DNA of 64,000 bases from Candidatus Nanopelagicales bacterium (GTDB lineage Bacteria > Actinomycetota > Actinomycetes > S36-B12). The stretch lies in contig JAURFD010000006.1 in assembly GCA_030827125.1 (NCBI GenBank), positions 53,680 to 117,679 on the forward strand. The letters run 5' to 3'. The stretch's first letter is position 1; every line of letters begins with the position of its first letter. Positions 38,126 through 48,715 of this stretch are shown here, piece by piece. The translations under genes and the position numbers were made by a program. The notes beneath the pieces are model-generated. The model was not told the DNA's origin. It saw nothing but the letters and a program-made list of their open reading frames with translations, and made no database searches.

Positions 38126-38145
38126 CCGGTGAGGGTACGTCGAAA

Positions 38146-38856
38146 CTAGGCGTTGACGCGAAGTCGAAGGTCGCCATTGATCCTGTGGCTGTCGTCGCCC
38201 GCGACGACGTACGCCCCCTGGCGACCGCGCACATGGAATGACCATTCCGGTTCACCGGAGTCCTCCGCGACAAGCGCGGTGTCCTCGTCAATGCCGATGA
38301 GTTCGGCGTTGCCGGCCATGTCTGGGTGCTCGCGCAGCCCGGTCATCCAGCGGGTGTAGCGATCGAAGTGCGGCAGCACGCTAATGGCGGGCACCACGGC
38401 AAGGCCGGGGATGGGCTCGGCGCCCGGCTGCCGCCAATTGGGGATGGCGCCGCCCATCGTCATGGCCCCGGCACTGCAGCCGGCCAGGCCCGCGCCGGCT
38501 CGCCAGGTGTTGAGGATGGCCTCGCCCGCGGGGGTGTCGCGCAGAGTGTCGGACAGGTGCATCGGATTGCCGCCGGAGAGGTAGATGAGCCCGGCCCTGC
38601 TGATCGCCTCGACCCAGCGTGCGTCGTAGGCATCCTCGCGCGTGCGGATGTCGACGACGACCTGCTCGGCGTCGAGTCGTGCGGCGGCGCGTGCCCCCAA
38701 GTCGTGCCAATAGCCCAGCCGCGCGTCACCCTCGGGCGCCGAGGCGGTGGCCAACTGCACATAGACGCGGGGGTTGTCGGCGAAGAGCCAGTCCTCGACG
38801 TCGGAGAGCACCGGCAGGTATTCGCCACTGCCGACCAGCGCGATACGACCGGCCAT
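38146..38856 (-). CDS. Peptidase S51 / cyanophycinase-like (GAT1 fold)
   Basis: LVGSGEY, YLSGGNP, GCSAGAM, LPHFD, GIDEDTAL. Confidence 0.85.
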   Translation of the reverse strand: MAGRIALVGSGEYLPVLSDVEDWLFADNPRVYVQLATASAPEGDARLGYWHDLGARAAARLDAEQVVVDIRTREDAYDARWVEAISRAGLIYLSGGNPMHLSDTLRDTPAGEAILNTWRAGAGLAGCSAGAMTMGGAIPNWRQPGAEPIPGLAVVPAISVLPHFDRYTRWMTGLREHPDMAGNAELIGIDEDTALVAEDSGEPEWSFHVRGRQGAYVVAGDDSHRINGDLRLRVNA

Positions 38857-38874
38857 CCCTGCCTCCTGCCCCCT

Positions 38875-38921
38875 GCGACCTGCTTGCCTGTGATCTGATT
38901 GCCCTGGTGACCTAATTGCCT
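38875..38921. repeat. Three imperfect 15-16 bp tandem direct repeats upstream of the peptidase
   Basis: GCGACCTGCTTGCCT / GTGATCTGATTGCCCT / GTGACCTAATTGCCT. Confidence 0.6.
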
Positions 38922-39008
38922 TGATGTGCACCACCACCGATGCTGGCGTGACTCTACGAGACCGGCCGAAACGCGACGCGCGGAGCGTCCCCTGATTAGC
39001 GTGGGGGC

Positions 39009-39374
39009 ATGACCGATTCAGCAGATCTTCCTATTCCTGAGGCGATTCCCTGCACGACCGCCTTCGAGATTCCCGGCCACGTCATTGAGAAGCACTTGGG
39101 TCTCACCTGGGGCGTGCTTGTGCGCTCCGTCGGGTTTGCCAAAGGCTTCACCGGCGGGTTCAAAGCGTTGCGGGCCGGCGAGGTTCCGCAGTACACCGAT
39201 GTCGTCGACCAGGCGCGTCGCGATGCGCTCCAGCGTCTCATCGGGCATGCCCAGTCCATGGGCGCCAACGCCGTGATCGGCGTGCGCTTTGACTCCAGTG
39301 ACGTGGGTGGTGGCGACGCCGGACTCTCGGAGATCCTCGCCTACGGCAGCGCCGTGGTGATTCGCCCCGCCTGA
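39009..39374 (+). CDS. YbjQ / UPF0145 family protein
   Basis: GEVPQYT, GANAVIGVRFD, AYGSAV. Confidence 0.9.
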   Translation: MTDSADLPIPEAIPCTTAFEIPGHVIEKHLGLTWGVLVRSVGFAKGFTGGFKALRAGEVPQYTDVVDQARRDALQRLIGHAQSMGANAVIGVRFDSSDVGGGDAGLSEILAYGSAVVIRPA

Positions 39375-39737
39375 TCAGGCGTCAGCGGCTGCCGCGTCGA
39401 AGAATTCGCAGAAAGCGGCGTACGCGCGAGGGGCCCAGATCGTCGCCGGTCCACCACCCATGAGGATCGTGACGCCCATGGTCTCGGCAGCCTCCTCCTT
39501 GGAGGCGCCCGCGCGTACGGCGGCTCGGGCGTGAGAGGCGATGCAGCCGTCGCATTCGGTCGCCACGGCGATGGCCAGGGCCATGAGCTCCTTGTGCTTG
39601 ACCTCGAGGGCTCCGGGGGTGAACGCCGCGGAATGCAGTGCGCGGAAACCGTCGTAGACGTCGGGGATCGCTTTGCGCAGGTCGCGAGTCAGCGGGTTCA
39701 ACTCGTCGAGGACACCTTTGCCATGGCTCTCAGTCAT
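39375..39737 (-). CDS. Carboxymuconolactone decarboxylase / AhpD-like protein
   Basis: KELMALAIAV..ECDGCIASH, MGGGPA. Confidence 0.9.
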   Translation of the reverse strand: MTESHGKGVLDELNPLTRDLRKAIPDVYDGFRALHSAAFTPGALEVKHKELMALAIAVATECDGCIASHARAAVRAGASKEEAAETMGVTILMGGGPATIWAPRAYAAFCEFFDAAAADA

Positions 39738-39746
39738 GGTCCCAGT

Positions 39747-39762
39747 ATACCCCTGGGGGTAT
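39747..39762. promoter_or_regulatory. CsoR-family operator overlapping the -10 box of the CMD gene
   Basis: ATACCCC-TG-GGGGTAT palindrome; overlaps TATACT on the minus strand. Confidence 0.65.
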
Positions 39763-39805
39763 GCGGTCGAAGGGCCGGACGTCCCGGGCACCGTGACGGC
39801 CCTGG

Positions 39806-40048
39806 CTACTTGCCGTCCTTGCCCTCCTCAAAGGCGTCCTTGAGTTGATTCCAGTAGCCGGTGGCCTTCTCGGCAGCCTTGTCCGTCACTTCACTGGCTT
39901 TCTCGGTGACCGCACCGGCGAGGTCCTCCACCTGCGCCTCGGCCTGCTCGGCCACGCCCTCGGCGCGGAGTTTGTCGTTGCCGCTGAGAGCCCCGGCGGC
40001 TTCTTTCATACGGCCCTTGATGTTCTTATAGAGCGGATCCATCGGCAT
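39806..40048 (-). CDS. CsbD-family stress protein
   Basis: [21 protein letters not shown]; GAAGGGAG SD. Confidence 0.85.
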   Translation of the reverse strand: MPMDPLYKNIKGRMKEAAGALSGNDKLRAEGVAEQAEAQVEDLAGAVTEKASEVTDKAAEKATGYWNQLKDAFEEGKDGK

Positions 40049-40133
40049 GCTCCCTTCGTGGTACGACGGTAGCCGGGAATGCGGGTGTGTGACCAGGCGT
40101 TGTCCGGCGGTACCGTGGTCAAGGAGGTGTGGC

Positions 40134-42338
40134 GTGGCTCAGGATGCGGTCGAACTCGCGATCAGCGGGATGACGTGTACCTCCTGCGCGGCCCGCATCG
40201 AGAAGAAGCTCAACAAGCTGCCCGGGGTCCACGCGACCGTCAACTACGCGACGGAGAGCGCCCACATTGATGTCGACGGAGCTGTCGACCTGGCCCAACT
40301 CATCAGCACGGTGGAGCAAACCGGCTATGCCGCGTCACCGGTCGAGTCGGCAGCGGATGGGGACGCGGAGGTGTCCTCTCTGCGTCGCAGATTCTGGATC
40401 TCCGCGGTCCTCGCAATTCCGGTTGTCGCGACGGCGATGATCCCGCCACTGCAGTTCCCCGGCTGGCAGTGGATGTCCCTCGTCCTCGCCACGGCCGTTG
40501 TCGGGTGGGGCGCCTGGCCGTTCCATCGAGCGGCGGCACTCAACGCGCGACACGGCGCCGCCACGATGGACACGCTCGTCAGCCTCGGTGTGCTCGCGGC
40601 GTACCTGTGGAGCCTGTGGGCCCTGCTCTTCGGTGGTGCCGGGGAGATCGGCTTCACCATGGGGCACGGCATGGACTCCAGCGGTCCCGATCTGTACTTC
40701 GAGGTTGCCGCCGTCGTTCCGGTCTTCCTGTTGGCCGGTCGCTGGTTCGAGGCGCGGGCCAAGCGCAACTCCACCGCCGCACTGCGGGCCCTGGCCACGC
40801 TGGCGTCGCCGGAAGCGTCACTCCTCGTCGACGGAGCTGAGCGACGCGTGGCAACGTCGACGCTCACCGTGGGTGATGTCTTCGTCGTGCGACCCGGTGA
40901 GCGCATCGCGACGGACGGTGTGGTCTTGGAGGGCCGCAGTGCCGTCGACGAGTCGATGATGACGGGGGAGTCGGTCCCTGTCGAAGTGGGACCAGATTCC
41001 ACAGTGGTGGGTGCAACCGTCAATGTCGATGGCGTGCTCACTGTTCGGGCAACGCGTGTTGGTGCCGACACTCAACTGTCGCGGATTTCGCGGCTGGTGA
41101 TTGACGCCCAGTCGGGCAAGGCGCCGGTCCAGCGGCTCGCCGATCGCGTCGCCGGTGTCTTTGTCCCCATCGTTCTTGTGATCGCCATCGTCACGCTCGC
41201 CGCATGGCTGCTCATCTCACGCGATCCCAACGCAGCGTTCACCGCGGCGGTCGCCGTACTCATCATCGCCTGTCCGTGCGCCCTCGGGCTGGCCACTCCG
41301 ACGGCACTGTTGGTCGGCACGGGCCGTGGTGCCCAGTTGGGCATTCTCATCCGCGGCCCGGAGGTACTCGAGGACACCCGACGGGTCGACACCATCTGCC
41401 TGGACAAGACGGGGACGATCACCAGCGGCGCGATGTCCATCGTCGCGGTGGTGACCGCGGCCGATGCCGATCCGGTGGAGGTGGGATTCCTCGCGGCGGC
41501 GGTGGAGAAGGGCAGCGAGCACCCGGTAGCACGGGCTATCGCCGCGGGCCTCGATGTCGCACCCGCCGATGACTTCACCAATGTGCGCGGCCTCGGTGTC
41601 CGCGGTGTTGTCCAGGGCCGGATGGTGGCGGTCGGCCGCCCCGCCTGGGTGGCCGAAGTCGTCGGCGCGGCGGACCTCGAGAGCGGACTGTCGCATGACA
41701 TCGACCGTCTGCAAGCCGCAGGATCGACCGTCGTTGCCGTCGGCTGGGACGGGGCAGTCCGCGGTGCCATCGCCGTCGGTGACACGGTCCGCGAATCCAG
41801 CGCCCGGGCCATTGCTGGTCTGCGCGGATTGGGTCTGCGACCGGTGCTCCTGACCGGTGACAACCGCGCGGTCGCGAACGTCGTCGCGGCCGAACTCGGG
41901 ATCGAGGATGTGTACGCCGGACTTCTGCCCGAGGACAAGGTCACCGCGGTGCGCGAGTTGCAGGGCCAGGGGCGCAAGGTCGCGATGGTGGGTGACGGCG
42001 TCAACGATGCGGCAGCACTCGCCCAGGCTGACCTCGGGATCGCGATGGGTGGTGGCACCGATGCAGCGATGGAGGCGAGCGATCTGACGCTGGTGCGCCC
42101 CGATCTCATGGGCGCCGTCGATGCGATTCGGCTGTCGCGGCGCACCCTGCGCACGATCAAGGGCAATCTGTTCTGGGCGTTTGCCTACAACGTGGCGATG
42201 ATTCCGTTGGCGGCCGCGGGTCTGCTCAATCCGATGTTGGCGGGCGCCGCGATGGCGTTCTCGTCCGTCTTCGTGGTGGCCAACAGTCTGTTGCTACGCC
42301 GCTTCCAGCCGACGTCCATTCATCCCCCCGCCCGTTGA
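40134..42338 (+). CDS. copA: Cu(I)-type P1B heavy-metal ATPase
   Basis: GMTCTSC HMA domain, TGES, CPC, DKTGT, SEHP, GDGVND, YN and MAFSS. Confidence 0.9.
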   Translation: MAQDAVELAISGMTCTSCAARIEKKLNKLPGVHATVNYATESAHIDVDGAVDLAQLISTVEQTGYAASPVESAADGDAEVSSLRRRFWISAVLAIPVVATAMIPPLQFPGWQWMSLVLATAVVGWGAWPFHRAAALNARHGAATMDTLVSLGVLAAYLWSLWALLFGGAGEIGFTMGHGMDSSGPDLYFEVAAVVPVFLLAGRWFEARAKRNSTAALRALATLASPEASLLVDGAERRVATSTLTVGDVFVVRPGERIATDGVVLEGRSAVDESMMTGESVPVEVGPDSTVVGATVNVDGVLTVRATRVGADTQLSRISRLVIDAQSGKAPVQRLADRVAGVFVPIVLVIAIVTLAAWLLISRDPNAAFTAAVAVLIIACPCALGLATPTALLVGTGRGAQLGILIRGPEVLEDTRRVDTICLDKTGTITSGAMSIVAVVTAADADPVEVGFLAAAVEKGSEHPVARAIAAGLDVAPADDFTNVRGLGVRGVVQGRMVAVGRPAWVAEVVGAADLESGLSHDIDRLQAAGSTVVAVGWDGAVRGAIAVGDTVRESSARAIAGLRGLGLRPVLLTGDNRAVANVVAAELGIEDVYAGLLPEDKVTAVRELQGQGRKVAMVGDGVNDAAALAQADLGIAMGGGTDAAMEASDLTLVRPDLMGAVDAIRLSRRTLRTIKGNLFWAFAYNVAMIPLAAAGLLNPMLAGAAMAFSSVFVVANSLLLRRFQPTSIHPPAR

Positions 42339-42391
42339 GTGGCGAGTTGTGGACGGTTTATCGGCCAAAAACCGTCCACAACTCGCCACTC
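42336..42391. repeat. REP-like palindrome family A, copy 3, between convergent genes
   Basis: TGAGTGGCGAGTTGTGGACGGTTT...AAACCGTCCACAACTCGCCACTCA; supplies the copA TGA stop. Confidence 0.9.
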
Positions 42392-42401
42392 AACACAGGG
42401 G

Positions 42402-43214
42402 CTAGGCGCCGAGGTCGCGACGGTCGAAACGCCAGACGCCGGCCATCGTGATGATGAGAGCCAGGGCCGCGGGCAGGACGAACGAGACGAGCCCAGGCGG
42501 CTCAGTCAATGGTGAGGAGCCGAGGAACCAGTACCACGGGGAGGTCGTGCGCAGGTACTCCAGCGGTTGCGCGAGCGAGGCGAACATTTGGCCGAGGAAT
42601 CCGATGACGATGAGTGCGGCTGCTCCGGCGATGGCCCACGCGCGACGACCCGTGGCGGCCCCGATGGCGAACGCGGCTGAGGCGTACAGCATGACCAGCG
42701 CCCACATGGAGAAGGCGGCGGACCAGATACCCCACCACGGCAACCCGTCCAGCAGCCCGAGGGGTGGCGCGATGACGGCGAGTGCCGCCGTAGAGATCGC
42801 TGTGATGGCAAGCGTCGCCGCGGCCATAGCGACGAAGCGCCCCCAGGCCAGGGAGACGCGGCGCAGGGGTGCTGCGAGCGTCATCTCCAAGGTGCCGTCG
42901 CCTTCAGCGCCGGCGATAGCCCAGGACCCCATGGAGATGCCCAGGATGAGAATCACGAGGGGGTAGATGTTGGAGTACATCTGGCTCATGAGGTAGCCCT
43001 CGGGGCTCGCGATGCTGGCGCCGCTGATGCCCAGTGACTCGCGAACCGACTCCGGGAGGGACTCGACGTAGGCGTCGAAGTCGGCCCCGGTGTCGCGGAT
43101 CGACGGATAGAAGACCGCCATGATGAGGACCAGCGCAATGATGCCGAGCGTCCAGGCCAGCAGACTGCGTCGCCGGTCGCGCACGAAGCTCAGGGCCACG
43201 GTGAGAGTCGTCAT
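42402..43214 (-). CDS. ABC-2 type exporter permease
   Basis: IAGAEGDGTLEMTLAAP, SPWYWF, FDRRDL; six TM segments. Confidence 0.88.
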   Translation of the reverse strand: MTTLTVALSFVRDRRRSLLAWTLGIIALVLIMAVFYPSIRDTGADFDAYVESLPESVRESLGISGASIASPEGYLMSQMYSNIYPLVILILGISMGSWAIAGAEGDGTLEMTLAAPLRRVSLAWGRFVAMAAATLAITAISTAALAVIAPPLGLLDGLPWWGIWSAAFSMWALVMLYASAAFAIGAATGRRAWAIAGAAALIVIGFLGQMFASLAQPLEYLRTTSPWYWFLGSSPLTEPPGLVSFVLPAALALIITMAGVWRFDRRDLGA

Positions 43215-44149
43215 GACGCACCGTCCCTGGTCTGCTGGAACATTTCATCGAGTTCGTGTGCCCGTGTGGCGATGCGTCGTACGCCGTAGGGGGCGAGGGC
43301 GCGGATCGCCTCGCTCAGCGAGCCGGTCACGACCGCCGTGACCTCGGTGCCCTGGACGGCCGCACTCATCAGGCCGGGTACGACGTCGAGAACCGTGGGT
43401 GGTGGTGCCTCGTCCAGGGCAACCTCGATCGACTGCTGCGCTCGATCGAGCAGGGTGCTCAAGGGTGCTTCGGCCACGAGTTTGCCACGGCTCAAAACAC
43501 CGACGCGGTCCGCGATCGCCTCAGCCTCGCTCAGGATGTGCGTGCTCAAGAGAACGGCGGCGCCGTCGGCGCGGCGCTCGCGCACGATGTCGAGGACAAG
43601 TTCTTGCATGTGCGGATCGAGGCCGGAGGTGGGCTCGTCAAGGACGAGCACCTCGGGTGCCGCCATCAGCGACAGGGCAAGCCCGACCTTCTGCCGATTG
43701 CCCTTGGAGAGCGCACCGAAGCGACGATCCATGGGAACGTCGAGTCGAGTGAGGAGGTTCTCGGCATCGGTGGCCGGTCGCCCCGCCCGCGCCTGCAGAC
43801 GCGTGTGGAAGCGAAGGATGTCCTGCACGCTGGAACGCAACGGCAGGCGCAGATCGCCGGGGAGGTAGCCGATGCGAGAGCGGATGTCGACGTCGCGGCT
43901 GTTGCCCGCCAGAGTGCGCACCGTGCCGCGCGTGGGATTGAGATAGCCGAGCAGGCACCGCATGAGAGTGGACTTGCCGGCGCCGTTCGCGCCGAGGAGG
44001 CCATAAACCTCACCCGGGGCTACCTGGAGCGAGACCCCATCCAGGGCCCGGACATCGCCAAAGGATTTGGCCAGGTCAGCGATATCGATGCTGGCCCGGT
44101 CACTCGAAGGAGCGCTCACACCGGCCACTCCTCCAGCGTAGGCCGTCAT
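43211..44149 (-). CDS. ABC-2 type exporter ATP-binding protein
   Basis: GANGAGKST, LSKGNRQK, LDEPTSGLDP; start codon uncertain. Confidence 0.9.
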   Translation of the reverse strand: MTAYAGGVAGVSAPSSDRASIDIADLAKSFGDVRALDGVSLQVAPGEVYGLLGANGAGKSTLMRCLLGYLNPTRGTVRTLAGNSRDVDIRSRIGYLPGDLRLPLRSSVQDILRFHTRLQARAGRPATDAENLLTRLDVPMDRRFGALSKGNRQKVGLALSLMAAPEVLVLDEPTSGLDPHMQELVLDIVRERRADGAAVLLSTHILSEAEAIADRVGVLSRGKLVAEAPLSTLLDRAQQSIEVALDEAPPPTVLDVVPGLMSAAVQGTEVTAVVTGSLSEAIRALAPYGVRRIATRAHELDEMFQQTRDGAS

Positions 44150-44270
44150 GTCAGCGTTTTCGGCTGTGCGGTTGCTCACAGAGAGGCCCGTGTAAGGGTT
44201 TTCACGGTTTTGCAGTCCTTGCAGTACCGGCAGTATGTCGTCCACGCCGGGCTTGGCCGGCGCCGATGCG

Positions 44271-46106
44271 ATGGGAGTGACCGTGACGATCCCCGGCCTG
44301 GAAAACCCGCCCACGAACAACAAGAAGATCCTGGAGTGGGTGCAGGAGGTCGCCGAACTCGCCAAGCCCGACGAGGTCATCTGGTGTGACGGGTCGGAGG
44401 CCGAGTGGGAGCGACTCACTTCTCAGATGGTCGACAGCGGCATGTTCATCCGTCTCAACCCCGACATTCGTCCGAACTCCTTCCTCGCGCGTTCCGATCC
44501 CGGTGACGTCGCACGTGTCGAGAGCCGCACCTACATCTGCTCACAGCGCGAAGAAGATGCCGGACCCACGAACAACTGGGTCGACCCGGTGGAGATGAAG
44601 GCGACGCTGCGCGGGCTCTTCGACGGATGCATGCGCGGTCGACCGATGTACGTCATTCCGTTCTCCATGGGCCCGCTCGGTTCACACATCGCACAACTCG
44701 GTATCGAGCTCACGGACTCGCCGTACGTCGTTGTCAGCATGAAGATCATGACGCGCATGGGCACGGCCGCCCTTGATGAGATCGGCGAGCTCGGCGACTT
44801 CGTCCCCGCGGTGCACACGGTCGGCTACCCACTCGTCGATGCGGAGGGCAACCGGCGCGACGATGTGGCGTGGCCGTGCAACGAGACCAAATACATCACG
44901 CATTTCCCCGAGACCCGCGAGATCTGGTCCTACGGATCGGGATACGGTGGCAATGCGCTGCTCGGCAAGAAGTGCTTCGCGCTGCGCATCGCTTCCGCCA
45001 TGGCGCACGATGAGGGCTGGCTTGCCGAGCACATGCTCATCTTGAAGTTGACTGCGCCCAGTGGCGATGTCCGCTACATCACCGGCGCCTTCCCGTCCGC
45101 CTGCGGCAAGACCAATCTCGCGATGCTTGAGCCCGCCGTGCCCGGCTGGAAGGTTGAGACCGTCGGTGACGACATTGCGTGGATGCGCTTCGGTGATGAC
45201 GGTCGCCTGTACGCGATCAACCCGGAGGCAGGCTTCTTTGGTGTCGCGCCGGGGACCGGCATGCACACCAATGCCAACGCCGTGAAATCGCTCTATGCCA
45301 ACTGCATCTTCACCAACGTGGCGCTCACCGATGACGGCGACGTGTGGTGGGAGGGCCTCACCGAGGAGGCTCCCGCGCACGCGATCGACTGGAAGGGCAA
45401 TGACTGGACGCCGGAGAGCGGCGAGCCCGCCGCTCATCCCAACGCGCGATTCACCGCCCCGGCCGGTCAGTGCCCGTCGATCGCGCCGAACTGGGAGGAT
45501 CCGGCCGGCGTGCCGATCGATGCCATCCTCTTCGGCGGTCGTCGCGCGACGAATGTGCCGCTGGTGACCGAGTCCTATGACTGGGAGCACGGTGTCTTCC
45601 TCGGATCGACGGTGTCTTCGGAGCAGACCGCCGCGGCCGAGGGCAGCGTCGGTGCGTTGCGTCGTGATCCCTTTGCCATGCTGCCGTTCTGCGGCTACAA
45701 CATGGCCGACCACTGGGACCACTGGCTCAAGGTGGGCCAGTTCACCTCGGCCGACAAGTTGCCGCGCGTCTACCAGGTCAACTGGTTCCGCAAGGACGCC
45801 GACGGCAAGTTCATCTGGCCCGGGTTCGGTGACAACTCACGTGTCCTGGAGTGGATCGTGCGCCGCGTCGAGGGCGAAGCTGAGGCGGTTGATACTCCGG
45901 TCGGTCGCGTGCCCGCCGACGGTGAACTCAACACCGACGGGCTCGATGTCACGCCGGAGCAGATGGCCGAACTCTTTGCCATCAATCCAGATACCTGGCT
46001 GGCGGAGGCGGACCTCACCGAGGAGTACTTCGAGCAGTTCGGCGACAAGGTTCCCGCGGCGCTGCGAGACCAGCTCGCCCAACTGCGCACCCGCCTGCAC
46101 GTCTAG
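44271..46106 (+). CDS. pckG: Phosphoenolpyruvate carboxykinase (GTP)
   Basis: [49 protein letters not shown]. Confidence 0.97.
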   Translation: MGVTVTIPGLENPPTNNKKILEWVQEVAELAKPDEVIWCDGSEAEWERLTSQMVDSGMFIRLNPDIRPNSFLARSDPGDVARVESRTYICSQREEDAGPTNNWVDPVEMKATLRGLFDGCMRGRPMYVIPFSMGPLGSHIAQLGIELTDSPYVVVSMKIMTRMGTAALDEIGELGDFVPAVHTVGYPLVDAEGNRRDDVAWPCNETKYITHFPETREIWSYGSGYGGNALLGKKCFALRIASAMAHDEGWLAEHMLILKLTAPSGDVRYITGAFPSACGKTNLAMLEPAVPGWKVETVGDDIAWMRFGDDGRLYAINPEAGFFGVAPGTGMHTNANAVKSLYANCIFTNVALTDDGDVWWEGLTEEAPAHAIDWKGNDWTPESGEPAAHPNARFTAPAGQCPSIAPNWEDPAGVPIDAILFGGRRATNVPLVTESYDWEHGVFLGSTVSSEQTAAAEGSVGALRRDPFAMLPFCGYNMADHWDHWLKVGQFTSADKLPRVYQVNWFRKDADGKFIWPGFGDNSRVLEWIVRRVEGEAEAVDTPVGRVPADGELNTDGLDVTPEQMAELFAINPDTWLAEADLTEEYFEQFGDKVPAALRDQLAQLRTRLHV

Positions 46107-47134
46107 GTCAACGTGGCGACGAGGAGTGCCTTGATCGTGTGCATGCGGTTTTCGGCCTGATCGAAGACGATGCTGGCGTCCGACTCGAACACCTCATCGG
46201 TCACTTCGACTCCGCCGCGGAGCCCGAACTCGGTCGCGATGCGCTCGCCAACAACGGTCCTCTCGTCATGGAACGCCGGCAGGCAGTGCATGAAGCGGGC
46301 GTCGGCACGCCCGGTGAGGTCCATGAAGTTCGCGTCGACGCGATACGGCGTCAGTATCGCCACGCGGTCCGCCCACACCTCGACGGGCTCACCCATCGAT
46401 ACCCAGACATCGGTGTGCACGAACTGCGCGCCAGGAATGCCCTCCGCGGGGTCCTCCGTGAGAAGCAGTTGTGCCCCGGTGCGCGCGGCGCGCTCCTCAG
46501 CGGCACGGCGTACCTCAGGGGAGGGCCAGAGGGCCTCGGGGGCGACGATCCGCACGTCGGACCCGGTCATGGCACCGGCGACGAGGAGCGAGTTGCCCAT
46601 GTTGTAGCGAGCGTCACCGACGTAGGCGTAGCTGAGTCGCTCGTCGCGTGAGTGCTCTCGCATGGTCAACATGTCAGCCAGCATCTGCGTGGGGTGCCAC
46701 TCGTTGGTCAGCCCGTTGTAGACGGGGACGTCGGCATGGGCCGCGAGCTCCTCGACGGTGGCCTGCGCGTCCCCGCGGTATTCGATGGCATCGAACATGC
46801 GAGCCAGGACTCGCCCAGTGTCCGCGATGGACTCCTTGTGGCCGATCTGGGAACCCTGGGAGTCCAGAACGGTGACTTGGGCACCCTGCTCGTACGCCGC
46901 AACCTCGAAAGCGACCCGCGTCCGGGTTGAGGTCTTGCCGAAGATGAGGGCGATGACCTTGCCGGCTAGCCGAGGTTGATCTGCCACGGTGCGCCGCTCG
47001 GCCTTCAACTGAGCGGCCAAGCGGATAAGACCGTCGAACTGAGCGTCGGTGAGATCGAGTTCCTTGAGCAGGTCACGTCCGGTGAGGTCCAGACTCGCGA
47101 CGAGATCCGCTCCGGCCGGGGTCGAGGTCATCAC
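46103..47134 (-). CDS. argF: Ornithine carbamoyltransferase
   Basis: [32 protein letters not shown]. Confidence 0.93.
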   Translation of the reverse strand: MMTSTPAGADLVASLDLTGRDLLKELDLTDAQFDGLIRLAAQLKAERRTVADQPRLAGKVIALIFGKTSTRTRVAFEVAAYEQGAQVTVLDSQGSQIGHKESIADTGRVLARMFDAIEYRGDAQATVEELAAHADVPVYNGLTNEWHPTQMLADMLTMREHSRDERLSYAYVGDARYNMGNSLLVAGAMTGSDVRIVAPEALWPSPEVRRAAEERAARTGAQLLLTEDPAEGIPGAQFVHTDVWVSMGEPVEVWADRVAILTPYRVDANFMDLTGRADARFMHCLPAFHDERTVVGERIATEFGLRGGVEVTDEVFESDASIVFDQAENRMHTIKALLVATLT

Positions 47135-47157
47135 ATGAGGCTAGCGATCCCCTCCAA

Positions 47158-47215
47158 CGAGTGCGCAGTTGCGCACCCCAAATGGGCGAAATGGGTGTGC
47201 GCAAGTGCGCACTCG
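47158..47215. repeat. REP-like palindrome (58 bp)
   Basis: CGAGTGCGCAGTTGCGCAC...GTGCGCAAGTGCGCACTCG. Confidence 0.8.
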
Positions 47216-47226
47216 CGGGGGAAGAG

Positions 47227-47595
47227 TTAGGCGGTGACGGCGAGGGTGCGGACGGCCGCGTCGATCTCCTGGGCCGCCATGCGGGCCCCTTCGCCACGTG
47301 TGCGGGGGTATTCGGCGATGTCGATGCGGGCGTAGATCGCCTCACGATCTTCCTCGGTGAGGCCTCCCCAGACGCCGTACGGCTCGCGTGAGCGAACGGC
47401 GTAGTCGGCGCATTCGATCCGGACGGGACAAGATGCGCACACTTTCTTGGCGGCGAGATCGCGCGAACGACGGGCCGAGCCGCGCTCGTTCTGCGGGTGG
47501 AAGAACAGTGTCGGATCAGCGGAGCGACAGGAACCGTGTTCCTGCCAATCCCACACGGCATCTACGGGGACCTGGGCGAGTGGCTGCTGGGGCAT
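47227..47595 (-). CDS. whiB3: WhiB-family Fe-S transcription factor (WhiB3/WhiD-like)
   Basis: WDWQ..GSC..FFHP..ERG..C..CPV..C..EPYGVWGG; leaderless TACCGT-N6-ATG. Confidence 0.82.
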   Translation of the reverse strand: MPQQPLAQVPVDAVWDWQEHGSCRSADPTLFFHPQNERGSARRSRDLAAKKVCASCPVRIECADYAVRSREPYGVWGGLTEEDREAIYARIDIAEYPRTRGEGARMAAQEIDAAVRTLAVTA

Positions 47596-47685
47596 GCATC
47601 CACGGTAGGTGCGTTGCAACTCGCCACCCATGGGCCAACTCGGCCCTCTTGCATCATCCGTTCGGCTGATGCGTCGCGTGCGGAC

Positions 47686-48063
47686 CTACTCCGCAGCGTC
47701 GTCCGACTGCTCCTTGGCAATGGAGGCGCGAACCTCGTCCATGTCGATGTCGCGCACCGCCTGGATGAGTTGGGTCAGGGACGATTCCGGAAGTGCACCG
47801 GCCTGCGAATACAGCACCACACCGTCGCGCACCGCCATGAGCGTCGGGATCGACGAAATCTGGAATGCGCCGGCGAGTCCGGGCTCAGCCTCGGTGTCCA
47901 CCTTGGCGAACACGATGTCGGGATTGGACTCGCTCACCGTCTCGTAGACAGGTGCGAACATGCGACACGGTCCGCACCACTCGGCCCAGAAATCGATGAG
48001 CACGATGGGGTTGTCCTGGACAGTGGAGGAGAACGTGTCCTCGGTCAAGGTAACGGTAGCCAT
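47686..48063 (-). CDS. trxA: Thioredoxin
   Basis: DFWAEWCGPCR, SIPT. Confidence 0.9.
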   Translation of the reverse strand: MATVTLTEDTFSSTVQDNPIVLIDFWAEWCGPCRMFAPVYETVSESNPDIVFAKVDTEAEPGLAGAFQISSIPTLMAVRDGVVLYSQAGALPESSLTQLIQAVRDIDMDEVRASIAKEQSDDAAE

Positions 48064-48077
48064 ACCCCCCAGGGTAT
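48062..48077. promoter_or_regulatory. CsoR-family operator overlapping the thioredoxin -10 box and start codon
   Basis: ATACCC-CCCA-GGGTAT; same geometry as 39747. Confidence 0.6.
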
Positions 48078-48112
48078 CAGCCCATCGGCCGTCGATGCGC
48101 CACGATGTGTTC

Positions 48113-48694
48113 ATGGAGGACGTGGACTACGTCGGTGAGCCCGCGATAGCACCGCGGGCCGGCAGCCTCCTGGTCGCCGCACCGTTGCTGCCTGATCCCT
48201 TTCGGCGTGCGGTGATCTTGCTGCTCGAACACGACGAGTCCGGAACACTGGGAGTCGTCCTCAATCAGCGCACCCAGGTGGACGCGGGCACCGTACTCCC
48301 AGCCTGGCGGGACTACCTGACCGGCGGGCCGGAACTCTTCCAAGGCGGCCCGGTATCCCTCGATACGGCCCTCGGGCTCGGCGCCGCGGACGACGAGCCG
48401 GCTGGATTCCGGCGTGTAGCGGGGGCCCTCGGCGTCATCGATCTCGACACGCCGCCGGCCGAGTTGGCGCCGCACCTGGTCGCCGTCCGCATCTACGCCG
48501 GGTACGCCGGGTGGTCGCCCGGTCAGCTCGACGGTGAGCTGGAGGAGGGTGCCTGGGCGGTCATCGAACCGACCGACCCCGTTGCCGATGCTTTCCTGGC
48601 GGATCCGGACGAACTGTGGTCGCTGACCCTGCGCCGTGCTGGCGGCACCCTCGCGTGGTGGGTCCACTGTCCGGACGACCCGTCCGTCAACTAG
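48113..48694 (+). CDS. YqgE/AlgH family protein
   Basis: LLVAAP, GTLGVVLN, GGPV, GYAGWSPGQLDGE, DPSVN end. Confidence 0.92.
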   Translation: MEDVDYVGEPAIAPRAGSLLVAAPLLPDPFRRAVILLLEHDESGTLGVVLNQRTQVDAGTVLPAWRDYLTGGPELFQGGPVSLDTALGLGAADDEPAGFRRVAGALGVIDLDTPPAELAPHLVAVRIYAGYAGWSPGQLDGELEEGAWAVIEPTDPVADAFLADPDELWSLTLRRAGGTLAWWVHCPDDPSVN

Positions 48695-48715
48695 CTCCGT
48701 GAATAGACTGCGCGC

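Noticed and set aside
27535-44149. Intact genomic island downstream of ssrA
   Set aside because: No integrase and no distal copy of the ssrA 3' end were seen, composition looks host-like, and host palindromes occur inside it.
46103-47134. Arginine deiminase (arc) operon
   Set aside because: The carbamoyltransferase stands alone; no arcA, arcC or arcD is in the window.
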